Translations under genes and position numbers: made by a program
Shown here: in pieces, positions 10,335 to 20,324 of the stretch
Position numbering within the stretch: position 1 is the first letter of the stretch
How the letters are laid out: every line of letters starts with the position of its first letter
Notes under the pieces: model-generated
The model's database searches: none
Seen by the model: only the letters and a program-made list of their open reading frames with translations
Told to the model about the DNA's origin: nothing
Assembly: GCA_023953835.1 (NCBI GenBank)
Contig: JAMLJB010000002.1
Coordinates: 90,630-154,629, forward strand
Length of the DNA: 64,000 nucleotides
Direction: 5' to 3'
Origin: Rhizobiaceae bacterium
GTDB taxonomy: Bacteria; Pseudomonadota; Alphaproteobacteria; Rhizobiales; Rhizobiaceae

Positions 10335-11855
10335 CTAGTCTTGCGTAGCGTAGACATTGCGGAAGTCGAGTGCACGATCCGACCAGGTGGGCGAAGGCAT
10401 ACCCGCGATCCCCTTACGGAACGCAATGATCGAGGCCGGCAACGCAATCGGAATGTTGAGCGCCTGCTCGTAAATCTCCGCATTGAGCGCCTGGATCAGC
10501 TCGATCCGCTTGGCCGGATCGGTCGTGGCCAGCGCCTCATCCAGGATACTCAGGAATTTGGGCGTCGTCAGCTTGCCCGGATTCTGGATCGTATCGCCCG
10601 TCGTCAACTGCAACGTCGCGAGCGGATCGAGGCGACCACCCCATGTGGCGATCTGGGCGTCCGTCTCCTTGCCGTAATAGGAGCTGCCGGACTCTGCCGA
10701 AGGCTGGACGCGGAAATCGATCTTGATGCCGATGTCGGCGAGCATGGACTGAACGGCGACATAGGCTCCGACATCCGTGGTCGTCGCCCCCGAGAGGAAC
10801 GAGAAACCGTCCGGATATCCCGCCTCGGCGAGCAGCTTGCGCGCCTGCTCGGGGTCGAACTTGAACTCGGGAAGACTGGTATTGTAGTACGGCGACCCCT
10901 GGGGGAAATACTGGGACGCGGGGGTCGCATATCCTGCATACAGGCTATCGGTGATCGCCTTGCGGTCGATCGCAAGATTGACCGCGTCGCGCACCCGCTT
11001 GTCGGCGAAGGGCTTGGCTTTCTGCGGGTTGATCCACAGGCGATATTGGGAAGTCGTGGGATGCGCATCGACCACCAACCCCATATCTTCTGCCATCTTC
11101 GCGTCATTGCCGCTGATATAGGCCGCATCGGCCGCGCCACTCTGCAAGCTGTTGAACGCCGTGGTCAGGTCCGGCGTGATGTTGATGCGCAGGTTGTTGA
11201 CGTGGATGTTCGCTGCGTCCCAATACTCGTCCCATTTCTTGTACGAGATGTATTGCCCCGAGACATATTCGTCGAGCTTGAACGGACCGGCTCCGATGGG
11301 CTTCGTGCTTGCATCGCCGAAGGAAGCGGGGCTGAGCATCATCCCTGCCAGATCGGCAAACACGAAGGGAAGCGTGCTGTCCTTGTCTTTCAACACCAGC
11401 GTGATCGTATGGTCGTCGACCACCTTGATCTCCTGCACCGAGCGCAGAAGTACCGCCTGCGTTCCGCCCTCCACCGTCATCGTGCGGTTGATATTCGCCT
11501 TCACCGACTCGGCATCGAAAGGCGCTTCGTCCTGATATTTCACACCCTGCCGCAAATGCATGGTGAACTGCAGGCCGTCATCGCTGTAATCCCACGATTC
11601 CGCCAGTCCCGGATGTACGGCGCCATCATTGTCGGCCGTAAACAGGCGATCGAAGATGGGATATAATGCCGTGTTCTGCACGGAGCTCGCGTAGGTCTGC
11701 GGGTCGAAGTGCTGCGGTTGGCGGTTGTAGTTGAATGTGAAGGTTTCGAGATCGCCCCGTTTTGCGTCTTGTGCAAAGCCATGGCTGGGCACCAGCGCGG
11801 CAGCGAGGAGTATGGCGGCGGCGCTGACGCCTCGCCTCATGCAAGCGGTATTCAT
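10335..11855 (-). CDS. Family 5 (Dpp/Opp) periplasmic substrate-binding protein
   Basis: Signal peptide; PGLAESW, LRQGVKYQDEAPFDAESVK, PIGAGPF, DKRVRDAVNLAIDR. Confidence 0.92.
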   Translation of the reverse strand: MNTACMRRGVSAAAILLAAALVPSHGFAQDAKRGDLETFTFNYNRQPQHFDPQTYASSVQNTALYPIFDRLFTADNDGAVHPGLAESWDYSDDGLQFTMHLRQGVKYQDEAPFDAESVKANINRTMTVEGGTQAVLLRSVQEIKVVDDHTITLVLKDKDSTLPFVFADLAGMMLSPASFGDASTKPIGAGPFKLDEYVSGQYISYKKWDEYWDAANIHVNNLRINITPDLTTAFNSLQSGAADAAYISGNDAKMAEDMGLVVDAHPTTSQYRLWINPQKAKPFADKRVRDAVNLAIDRKAITDSLYAGYATPASQYFPQGSPYYNTSLPEFKFDPEQARKLLAEAGYPDGFSFLSGATTTDVGAYVAVQSMLADIGIKIDFRVQPSAESGSSYYGKETDAQIATWGGRLDPLATLQLTTGDTIQNPGKLTTPKFLSILDEALATTDPAKRIELIQALNAEIYEQALNIPIALPASIIAFRKGIAGMPSPTWSDRALDFRNVYATQD

Positions 11856-11912
11856 GACGTGATTTTCCTCCCTTTGTATTTCCAGCTTTGTCGCGGGAAA
11901 GTGAACTCCGGC

Positions 11913-13361
11913 TCAGCGGCCTTCCCGGATGACCTCCTCAAGACGCCGGGCAGAGTCGAGAGATTCAAGCTCCGCGACCAGGCGATGAAGTCCATGCGCA
12001 ACCCGTTCGCCGATGACGGGAACCGCGAGACGCAAATATTTGGTGGTGAGATCGTCCCAGGTGCTGACGCGTTTCGAAGGATGCGGGGATGCCTGCTTGA
12101 GCACCCGCCCGTCCCTTGTGGTCACCTGGACGTAGCTCGGACCATTGCGCGTCGATGGATGCGCGGCATCGACGGTGACCTTTTTCATCCATTCGACCGC
12201 TTCCGGCCGGGTTACCGTTTCGTCCGTGAACCCTGCCTCGGTCGTATCCCAGCCGAGCATGGCGGCAACGACGGCGAAGCGGACGCTGAACTTGCCTTCA
12301 AGACCGGTCTTCGGTTCCGCGATATTCGAATGGTCGAGGGAAAAGGGCGGGCACCAGGCGTGTATCTGGACGATGTCGGCCGCGGTAAGGCCGGTCGATG
12401 CAAGAAGGCTCTTCATCGCTTCGATCGGCGCGTGCGTGCCCAGGCAGGACGCATGATGCTTGAAGTATATGGCCTCGACGAGGTACGGCGCGCCGAGCGG
12501 CCGATGCGGATCGTCGAACTGCGTTTCGGGTGAATCCACCCATTCCTGCCCATAGTGCCGGACGAGCGCGCGCTGCTGGTCCGCGTTGGACTGGGTCCAG
12601 GCGAAGCCGTATTCGGCCTCCAGCACATCCGGGGCGCCGGTGAACCCTTCGGCCGCAAGCAGAGCCGCGCGCGTGCCGTTCGCCGCGGCGTTGCCGGCAT
12701 GTACAGGCTTGCACATGCTTCCAAAGGAAGCGCGCAGGCCGGCAGCGGCCGTGCCGGCGATTCCCAGGGCGTTCTGCGAGCACTCCTGATCGAGCCCGAG
12801 TATCCGCGCAGCAGCGCCGACCGCGCCGAATGTGCCAACCGTTGCCGTCGTATGCCAGCCCGCGTCGTAGTGGGCATAGCCCACGATGCCCTCGACGCGG
12901 CTTTCCACTTCCTGGCCCGCGACAATTCCCTCGATCAGCCGCGGCCCCGAAACGCCTTCAGCCTGCGCGACTGCGAGCGCGGCCGGCATGATGGTCGCGG
13001 AGGGGTGGATTGCCCGGCAGCCGTCATCGAAGTCCAGAGCGTGGCCGGCCACACCGTTTGCAAAAGAAGCCGCGCCAGGTCCGACGCACCTGAAATCATC
13101 GCCGAACATAAGTGAATGTCCCGCACCGGCTTCCCGTGCCGCTACGCGGCGCGCGATGGAAGCGGCATTCGCGGCGGACCCGGCAAGCGCCACCCCGAGC
13201 CAATCGAGCAGGCAGCCTTTCACGCCATCGACGACGTGGACCGGCAAGTCTTCGATCCGAACGGATCGGCCGATCCTTGCGACATGGCGCGTCAATCCCG
13301 TCAGTTCGCTCCGGCCTGAGAAAGACTCGCCTACAGGGGCGGCGGCTGCCGATTGGGTCAC
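11913..13361 (-). CDS. MmgE/PrpD family protein
   Basis: ANGVAGHALDFDD, HPSA, GWHTTATVG, KPVHAG, GLEGKFS; GTG start with GAGG RBS. Confidence 0.9.
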   Translation of the reverse strand: MTQSAAAAPVGESFSGRSELTGLTRHVARIGRSVRIEDLPVHVVDGVKGCLLDWLGVALAGSAANAASIARRVAAREAGAGHSLMFGDDFRCVGPGAASFANGVAGHALDFDDGCRAIHPSATIMPAALAVAQAEGVSGPRLIEGIVAGQEVESRVEGIVGYAHYDAGWHTTATVGTFGAVGAAARILGLDQECSQNALGIAGTAAAGLRASFGSMCKPVHAGNAAANGTRAALLAAEGFTGAPDVLEAEYGFAWTQSNADQQRALVRHYGQEWVDSPETQFDDPHRPLGAPYLVEAIYFKHHASCLGTHAPIEAMKSLLASTGLTAADIVQIHAWCPPFSLDHSNIAEPKTGLEGKFSVRFAVVAAMLGWDTTEAGFTDETVTRPEAVEWMKKVTVDAAHPSTRNGPSYVQVTTRDGRVLKQASPHPSKRVSTWDDLTTKYLRLAVPVIGERVAHGLHRLVAELESLDSARRLEEVIREGR

Positions 13362-13377
13362 CTGCTACCTCACTTGA

Positions 13378-13883
<506 letters not shown>

Positions 13884-13942
13884 TCATGCGAGATATGGAG
13901 AATGCACCGGACAAGGCCCGGCATGACCCGACCGCAAGACCA

Positions 13943-14707
13943 TTACTCCCAAAGGCCCTTCGGCATCGGGAGACCTTTGTAGGCATTTGGGTCGACGGGC
14001 ATTGCGAGCTTGATGTCGAACTCATCCAGCAGCGCCTGGAGCTGCCGGATATGCTGGGCGGAATGCCATGTCTGCCGCTCCAGCAGCTCATGCGCCGGCC
14101 GAACGCCGTAGAATGTCTTGACCGTCCATTTGCAGGACTTGTCGTCAAGGCCGTCCCAGAACGCGTGCAGCCGGGCGATGACGGAATCCGCGTACCGAAT
14201 AATGTCTTGCGACGAGACGACGTTGTCCGACACGCGAAGGTTTGCCACCCTGCCCCAATCCTCAACCCCTTCCTGAACCGTCTGCAGGAACGCATCTGGG
14301 ATCTGATAGATGTGGTACGAAAGCCCGCGTATGGTTCGCTCGCGCCCCGGCACCGGCTGATAGGCGAGCTTGTCCGCCGGAATTGCTTCGATCAGTCCGC
14401 GCGCGACATCGAGAAAATAGAACCACCGCTCCATGAGTTTCTGGGCGGAGAGCGATTGATCGAGATCCGGCTTTTTTCCGACAAACTCGGATACCTGGCT
14501 GAGCGACTGCCCGAACACGAAGGATTTGCCCCTGGAAAGCACGGGAAGGGACCGCGCGCCGAGAGCCGCCAGGTCGGTTCGTCCCTGCGCATCAGTCAAG
14601 ACATTGACGGATTCGAACGGGACCTCCAGCTCGGTCAGGAATTCCTTTAGGCGGACGCATGCCGAACAACCCGGCTGCCAGAAAACTCTGAAGGGCTCAT
14701 GTTGCAC
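13943..14707 (-). CDS. Glutaredoxin-like (CSAC) domain fused to a DinB/YfiT-like helical domain
   Basis: RVFWQPGCSACVRLKEFL...RSLPVL Grx fold; C-terminal LSYH and WHSAQH His triad. Confidence 0.8.
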   Translation of the reverse strand: MQHEPFRVFWQPGCSACVRLKEFLTELEVPFESVNVLTDAQGRTDLAALGARSLPVLSRGKSFVFGQSLSQVSEFVGKKPDLDQSLSAQKLMERWFYFLDVARGLIEAIPADKLAYQPVPGRERTIRGLSYHIYQIPDAFLQTVQEGVEDWGRVANLRVSDNVVSSQDIIRYADSVIARLHAFWDGLDDKSCKWTVKTFYGVRPAHELLERQTWHSAQHIRQLQALLDEFDIKLAMPVDPNAYKGLPMPKGLWE

Positions 14708-14840
14708 TACAAATTCCTCCCTGCTTCACGCCTGCGGCGCAGACGCGGTCGGCGCGCCCGATCGGACCCGTTCGCAATGGCAAGCGAATTTCCCGGATGA
14801 GAAATGTTGCCAGGGACTCGACACTCGGCGCTTCATTTCA

Positions 14841-14967
14841 TACTACGAACTACGTATGACGATTCAGCATGCTACGGCTCGCCCGGGTTGTCAACAAGAG
14901 GCAAACGCAACCCGACCGGCATTGACAACGGTTCTTACTCCCGCTCATATGTCGTATTACGTCATAC
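14841..14967. promoter_or_regulatory. Divergent promoter region with two heptamer-repeat operators
   Basis: Minus strand: TTGACA (14894-14889) then CGTCATA-CGTAGTT-CGTAGTA; plus strand: TTGACA (14922-14927) then CGTATTA-CGTCATA (14953-14966) before gntR. Confidence 0.7.
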
Positions 14968-14986
14968 CATTGATGGCGAGGTTCTA

Positions 14987-15670
14987 ATGACTTCCAAGTT
15001 AAATTTGCAGATTCATCGGCCGAGCGACACGATCCCGGGCCAAGTCGTCAGGCTCCTCAGCCGCGCCATAGTGGACGGGCAGTTCGCCCCGGGCCGTCGG
15101 CTTACCGAACCGGAACTCATCGAACTGACGGGCGTCAGTCGTACATCAATTCGCGAGGCGGTGCGTCACCTTCAGCAAATGGGACTTGTTGAGCCTTCCC
15201 CGAGCCGGGGCGTCCAGGTCGCCACGATGACGCGGCAGAACATCGAATACATCTACGAGGTCCGTGAAGCGCTTGAGCCGATGGCCGCCGGCCTTTTCGT
15301 GCTGCGCGCGACGGATTCCGAGGTCGAGGAGCTTGCAAGCTATGTCGAGCCTCTCGGCGTTCCGGCCGAGGTGCGGCTGCGCTCCATCTATCGCTTCGAC
15401 GAGCTTTTGGTGCGAGGCGCCCGCAACCCAATCCTGCAGGATATCCTCACGCCCCTGCACGCCCGCATTCACGCGCTGCGAAGGCTGTCGACCTCGATAC
15501 CCAACCGCGAGGACGCTTCCGTGCGGGAGTACCTGGAACTGGTGAAGGCAATCCAGCAACGGGATCGAGAGGCAGCGGTGAGAGTGTCCACCCGGCATGT
15601 GGAAGCGGCAAGGGCAGCGGCATTTCACGCGCTCGACCTGCTCGACAGGCCCGAGGAGCAGGGAAAGTGA
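14987..15670 (+). CDS. GntR family (FCD domain) transcriptional regulator
   Basis: GQFAPGRRLTEPELIELTGVSRTSIREAVRHL wHTH, YEVREALE. Confidence 0.92.
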   Translation: MTSKLNLQIHRPSDTIPGQVVRLLSRAIVDGQFAPGRRLTEPELIELTGVSRTSIREAVRHLQQMGLVEPSPSRGVQVATMTRQNIEYIYEVREALEPMAAGLFVLRATDSEVEELASYVEPLGVPAEVRLRSIYRFDELLVRGARNPILQDILTPLHARIHALRRLSTSIPNREDASVREYLELVKAIQQRDREAAVRVSTRHVEAARAAAFHALDLLDRPEEQGK

Positions 15671-16821
15671 CAGCCCGCTCATTCGATCAGGACATCGCAA
15701 TCGTCGGTGTCGGGCACTCGGACTTTGGCGCCCTGTACCGGACCCGGGATCGCTTCAGGGATGCATTCGGACTGGGCGCCATCGCCCTGCGCGAAGCGAT
15801 CGACGACGCCGGAATAGACAAGAGCGAGATCGATGCGTTGATCTGCTCCCGCGTCGACTATGCGCGCATGGCCAATGTCGCGGGCCTGCACAATGTGCAT
15901 TTCATCCACGACCTTGAAGGCTCGGGCCGCATGAGCGGCATCGCGCTGCAGGAAGCAATCGGGCTGATACGGGCTGGGCTCGCGACGACCGTTGCCTGTG
16001 TCTACGGCAACAACGGCCGCTCGGTGAATATGAAATACGGCGGCGAAGGAGCGGGCGAAGGCGGCGGGTCCACGGCGGGCTACGATGCGATGTATGGCAT
16101 GACCTCGCCCGGCGCTGCCGTCGCGACCATGTACCAGCGCTATCGGGCTCTCTACAATGTGCCGGAGGACGGGCTTGCCCCCCTGGCTATCAACAACCGC
16201 CGCAACGCATCCAAGAACCCGGTTGCGGTTTTCCGCGACGAACTCACGCTGGATGAATATCTCTCCTCGCGCTTCATCGCCGAGCCGCTGCGGCTGCTCG
16301 ACTACTGTCTCATCAACGACGGGGGTGTGGCGTTCCTCGTAACGACGATGGACCGCGCGCGGAACCTGCGAAAGCCGCCGGTCAAAGTCGCGGCGACTGC
16401 GGGCATGTCGGAACTCACCAATTACTATCCGAGCGAGGACTTCTTCTACAGCGTTTGCGCGAATGTCTCCGATCGGCTCTACGCCCAGTGCGGCATCGCG
16501 CAGAAGGACATGGACCTCCTTCAGATCTACGACAATTTTCTGCCGACGATATTGTTCAGCCTCGAGGGTTTCGGCCATGCGGATCGCGGCACGGCGTGGG
16601 AATGGATACGCGGCGGCCGCATCGCCCTTGAAGGAGAACAGCCCCTTAACACCGCCGGCGGCCACACATCCGAAAGCTACATGCAGGGGTGGGCGCACCA
16701 TGTCGAGGCTGTGCGCCAGATCCGCGGGGAATGCGGCGAGCGTCAGGTAGCCGGCTGCGAGGTCGTCCAATACGTCTGCGCTTCGCCCATCGTTACCGCA
16801 CATGTTCTGACTGCAGCCTGA
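15667..16821 (+). CDS. Thiolase-fold protein of Ltp2/SCP-x type (no N-terminal catalytic Cys), probable acyl-CoA aldolase
   Basis: LLDYCLINDGG, QIYDNF, NTAGGHTSESYMQG, EAVRQIRG; followed by a DUF35 gene. Confidence 0.85.
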   Translation: MTARSFDQDIAIVGVGHSDFGALYRTRDRFRDAFGLGAIALREAIDDAGIDKSEIDALICSRVDYARMANVAGLHNVHFIHDLEGSGRMSGIALQEAIGLIRAGLATTVACVYGNNGRSVNMKYGGEGAGEGGGSTAGYDAMYGMTSPGAAVATMYQRYRALYNVPEDGLAPLAINNRRNASKNPVAVFRDELTLDEYLSSRFIAEPLRLLDYCLINDGGVAFLVTTMDRARNLRKPPVKVAATAGMSELTNYYPSEDFFYSVCANVSDRLYAQCGIAQKDMDLLQIYDNFLPTILFSLEGFGHADRGTAWEWIRGGRIALEGEQPLNTAGGHTSESYMQGWAHHVEAVRQIRGECGERQVAGCEVVQYVCASPIVTAHVLTAA

Positions 16822-16834
16822 GAGGACTGAAAAG

Positions 16835-17245
16835 TTGACGGACGCATATGCTCGGCTGTTGCCGCCCATCACGGATGCCAATCGCGGGTTTTGGGAAGGC
16901 TGTGCCAAGGGTGAGTTGCGGCTTCAATGCTGTGGCAAATGCAAACATCTGCGCTATCCAGATAGCCCCGTTTGTCCGCGCTGCCTGGCCGACGAAAGCA
17001 CCTGGCAGGTGGTAAGCGGCGACGCCACGCTTTGGTCGTGGGTCGTCATGCATCAGCGCTATTTCGAGGCGTTCGAGAAAAAGCTTCCCTATCTCGTCGC
17101 GTTCGTGAAGCTCGAAGAGGGCGTGTTCATGACAAGCACGCTGGTCGATCCGCCCGACGCGCTCAAGATCGATTTGCCGTTGCGGCTGGAGTTCATCCAA
17201 ACCCCCGCAGAGCGTGTCATTCCGGCGTTCCGGGTCGTTCAATGA
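16835..17245 (+). CDS. DUF35 Zn-ribbon/OB-fold protein
   Basis: FWEGCAKGELRLQCCGKC...YPDSPVCPRC, LPYLVAFVKLEEG. Confidence 0.92.
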   Translation: MTDAYARLLPPITDANRGFWEGCAKGELRLQCCGKCKHLRYPDSPVCPRCLADESTWQVVSGDATLWSWVVMHQRYFEAFEKKLPYLVAFVKLEEGVFMTSTLVDPPDALKIDLPLRLEFIQTPAERVIPAFRVVQ

Positions 17246-18042
17246 ATACGCCTTCGAACGAACGCGTGCTTCTCGAAAACCTCGGCGAAGACGTTGCGCG
17301 CATCACCTTGAACCGTCCGGATAAGCGCAATGCGATGGATCTGGCAGCGCGCCGGGCGCTCATCGGGGCGCTTGACGACTGCCGCGGCCGCGCAAAGGCC
17401 ATCATACTCACCGGTTCGGGACCCGCCTTTTGCGCGGGCGTAGACTTGAAGGAGGTCGCCGCGGCGCGTGGCGCCGATCCGCTCGATGCCGAAGCTCGCC
17501 GCGCGATGTGGATCAAGGTCCAGGCCGAAATCCGGGAACATCCGGCAATCGTCATTGCTGCGGTCAACGGCTTCGCATTGGGTGGAGGCGCCACCCTCAT
17601 CAACTCATCGGACCTGGCGATTGCCGCGGAAGAGGCGGCAATCGGCATGCCGGAGATAGGGTTCGGTCTCTATCCGGGCCTGGCCGGACCGTCGACGCAA
17701 TTGCGGCTGCCCCCCAAGCGGGCCGCCTGGATGGTGCTGACAGGCAATCGGATCTCGGGCCGCACCGCTGAAGAATGGGGCCTTGTGAACCGCTGCGTGC
17801 CTCTTTCCGAACTTGCGCAGGAAGCGGAGGCACTGGCCCGTCATATCGCCGGCTTCGATGCGGTAACGCTCGAATGGTGCAAGAAGGCCCTGCAGCAGGT
17901 CCCCGCAATCATCTCGGATTGGAACACCGCGCTTGAATACGGGGAAAGCATAGGAAATCAGATCCGTGCCCGCACCGGCAGCCTGGATGCGGGATTGGGT
18001 GCGTTCGTAGCCGGGAAGCGCAATCCGGGCCAAGGCGTGTGA
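17242..18042 (+). CDS. Crotonase (enoyl-CoA hydratase/isomerase) family protein
   Basis: ITLNRPDKRNAM, FCAGVDL, AAVNGFALGGG, MPEI. Confidence 0.92.
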   Translation: MNTPSNERVLLENLGEDVARITLNRPDKRNAMDLAARRALIGALDDCRGRAKAIILTGSGPAFCAGVDLKEVAAARGADPLDAEARRAMWIKVQAEIREHPAIVIAAVNGFALGGGATLINSSDLAIAAEEAAIGMPEIGFGLYPGLAGPSTQLRLPPKRAAWMVLTGNRISGRTAEEWGLVNRCVPLSELAQEAEALARHIAGFDAVTLEWCKKALQQVPAIISDWNTALEYGESIGNQIRARTGSLDAGLGAFVAGKRNPGQGV

Positions 18043-20324
18043 TGTCCGACAACAGCGGGACTACAGCGCATAGTCCGCCCAGGTCGAAGGCGTTGCGCAT
18101 CATCGAGCTCGGAAGCGGGCTGTCGGGGCGCATTTGCGGAAGGCTCTTTGCCGGACTCGGCGAAGACGTGGTGACGCTCCGCCTGCCGGATGCGGATAAC
18201 CTGCAACAATCTTCGGACCACGATCGTGGATCGTCATTCTTGGGCCAGGGCAAGCGTCGCCCGGAGCCGGATACCGCCGAGTTCGGAATCATGGCGGCCG
18301 CGGCGCTGAATGACGCCGACGTCGCAATCGTCGATTCCGCCGCGCTGAAGGCAGGTTTCGATACCGCCGAAATGCGTCGGCGCTGGCCGGACCTTGTGAT
18401 CGTCTGTTTCACGACGCTTGGCCTCACCGAACCGGCGGACCTGCCCGAGGACAGTCTCCTGGCGGAGGCGTTCGGGGGATTGGCCACGATGATAGGGGAA
18501 CCAGGTCGCAAGCCGCTTCAGCTTGGCAACGAACAAGCCTCGTTTGCGGCAAGCTTTGTAGGATTTCTCGGCGTCGTCCTCGCGCTCCGGCGCCGGAACA
18601 TGGGACATGGCGGAGACGTCGTTGACGTGGCTCTGGCCGACGTGATGGCCTACATTGATTGGAAAAGCGACATTCTGGTCAACCAGACCGGCCAGGCTCC
18701 GTCGCGCACGGGCACCTCGGGCGGTGCCTGGCGAATAGTCGATGCGGTCGATGGCAAGGTCGGCATTATTTTCCAGCCCGACCAGTGGGACCTTCTCGTG
18801 CGGCTGGTCGGCGACCCGCGCCTTGCCGATCCTGATCTCAAGGATGCTCGAATTCGGCAGGGCAAGGCGGAGAGCTGGTGGCCGGTCATCAGGGAATGGG
18901 CCGCAGCCAGGCCGAAGCTTGATATTTATCACCAAGCCCAGGCCCTCGGGTTGCCGTTCGGGTTCGAAGCCAGCGTTGCCGATCTCGTGCAATCGCCGCA
19001 GTACCGCGCGCGGGGCTTTGTGCAGCCAGGCGCATCTTCCGCGACCGGACCACTTTTCAGGTCCGATCGCCTGACATGGGACAATCTTCATCCCGCCGCC
19101 CCGGAAACCGGTTCGGATGCAGCCCACGCGATCGATCAGGCCAGTTCGGATGCGCCGCTGGCGGGGCTGCGCGTGCTCGACCTTGGCACCATTACCGCAG
19201 GCGCAGCCACGGGCCGCCTACTCGCGGATTATGGTGCGTCGGTCATAAAGGTGGAGTCGGGCTCCCGACCCGATCCTTTCCGCCAATGGTCCGGTGGGGG
19301 GCCTTTCGAGCCTGGCGAGTCGCCGATGTTCGATTCGAACAATGCGGGGAAACTGGGAATCGACCTTGATCTGACCGACGCCGGGGATCGAAACCACCTC
19401 TATGCCCTGGTGCGCGAAGCGCATGTGGTCATTGAGAATTTCCGGGTGGGCGTAACCGAAAAGCTCGGCATTGACCAGGCGACCTTGCGCCACCTGAACC
19501 CGCAACTGATCTACCTGTCCTTGTCGAGCCAGGGCCAGTCGGGACCGGAAGCTCGATATCGATCGTACGGATCGACGCTGGACCTGCTGTCCGGCCTGGC
19601 CTCCGTCACCGGCTATTCGGGCGGCGGACCGATCTGGTCGTCGGTGGAAGTGAATTATCCAGACCAGCTCGTATCCCTCTTCGGCGCGGGGCTCGTGGCC
19701 TATTGCGCATTGCGGGATCGCCACGGCCTGATGCTGGATGTATCGCAGCGCGAAGTTGTGAGCTGGACGCTGAGCAGCCTGCTCGAAGAGTACAAGGCGA
19801 CCGGCCATGTCGCCGCGCCGCGCGGCAACGAGCGAAACGACTGGCTCCCGCATGACGTGTATCCATGCAAGGGAGACGACAGGTGGATCGCAATCTGCTG
19901 TGCCACGGACAAGGAGCGGGCAGCCGTCGCCCGGATTCTGGATCTTCCTGAGGCGGCCGCCCGGCACGGCTGGTGGGCCTCCAACAGAGTTCTTGGGGAC
20001 ACCAGGCTCTCTGATTGGACCCGTGTGCGCGAGCGCGACGACATTGTCCGGCAGCTCGCGACGGCGGGTGTTGCCTGCGCCGCGGTTCATGACGCGAAGG
20101 ACCGTGTCAACAGCCCGCATTTCTTGAAGCGGCGTGTTTTTCTTTCGGGACCCCCACGCCGAAAGGGCTTTCCTTTCGTCATGCAGGGCTACCAGCCACC
20201 CGTGCCCGCCTCGGCGCCGGCGGTGGGCGAACACAATGAATTGTTTGCACACGGGCTTTGGCCCGAGCAGTCGAGGCCCGGGGGGATATCGGGCCGGGAA
20301 TCGATCATGGGAGCTGAGGTATGA
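18042..20324 (+). CDS. Tandem (two-domain) CaiB/BaiF class III CoA-transferase
   Basis: Two repeats: LRIIELGSG and LAGLRVLDLGTITAG...LADYGASVIKVE; NAGKLGIDLDL, VIENFRVG, YPDQ. Confidence 0.9.
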   Translation: MSDNSGTTAHSPPRSKALRIIELGSGLSGRICGRLFAGLGEDVVTLRLPDADNLQQSSDHDRGSSFLGQGKRRPEPDTAEFGIMAAAALNDADVAIVDSAALKAGFDTAEMRRRWPDLVIVCFTTLGLTEPADLPEDSLLAEAFGGLATMIGEPGRKPLQLGNEQASFAASFVGFLGVVLALRRRNMGHGGDVVDVALADVMAYIDWKSDILVNQTGQAPSRTGTSGGAWRIVDAVDGKVGIIFQPDQWDLLVRLVGDPRLADPDLKDARIRQGKAESWWPVIREWAAARPKLDIYHQAQALGLPFGFEASVADLVQSPQYRARGFVQPGASSATGPLFRSDRLTWDNLHPAAPETGSDAAHAIDQASSDAPLAGLRVLDLGTITAGAATGRLLADYGASVIKVESGSRPDPFRQWSGGGPFEPGESPMFDSNNAGKLGIDLDLTDAGDRNHLYALVREAHVVIENFRVGVTEKLGIDQATLRHLNPQLIYLSLSSQGQSGPEARYRSYGSTLDLLSGLASVTGYSGGGPIWSSVEVNYPDQLVSLFGAGLVAYCALRDRHGLMLDVSQREVVSWTLSSLLEEYKATGHVAAPRGNERNDWLPHDVYPCKGDDRWIAICCATDKERAAVARILDLPEAAARHGWWASNRVLGDTRLSDWTRVRERDDIVRQLATAGVACAAVHDAKDRVNSPHFLKRRVFLSGPPRRKGFPFVMQGYQPPVPASAPAVGEHNELFAHGLWPEQSRPGGISGRESIMGAEV

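Noticed and set aside
10287-11666. 459-aa plus-strand ORF, and similar long antisense ORFs (35896, 45807, 54971)
   Set aside because: Antisense shadows of high-GC genes with clear family motifs on the other strand
13900-13927. GTCATGCCGGGCCTTGTCCGGTGCATTC, resembling rhizobial REP-like repeats
   Set aside because: Single degenerate copy with no partner in the window
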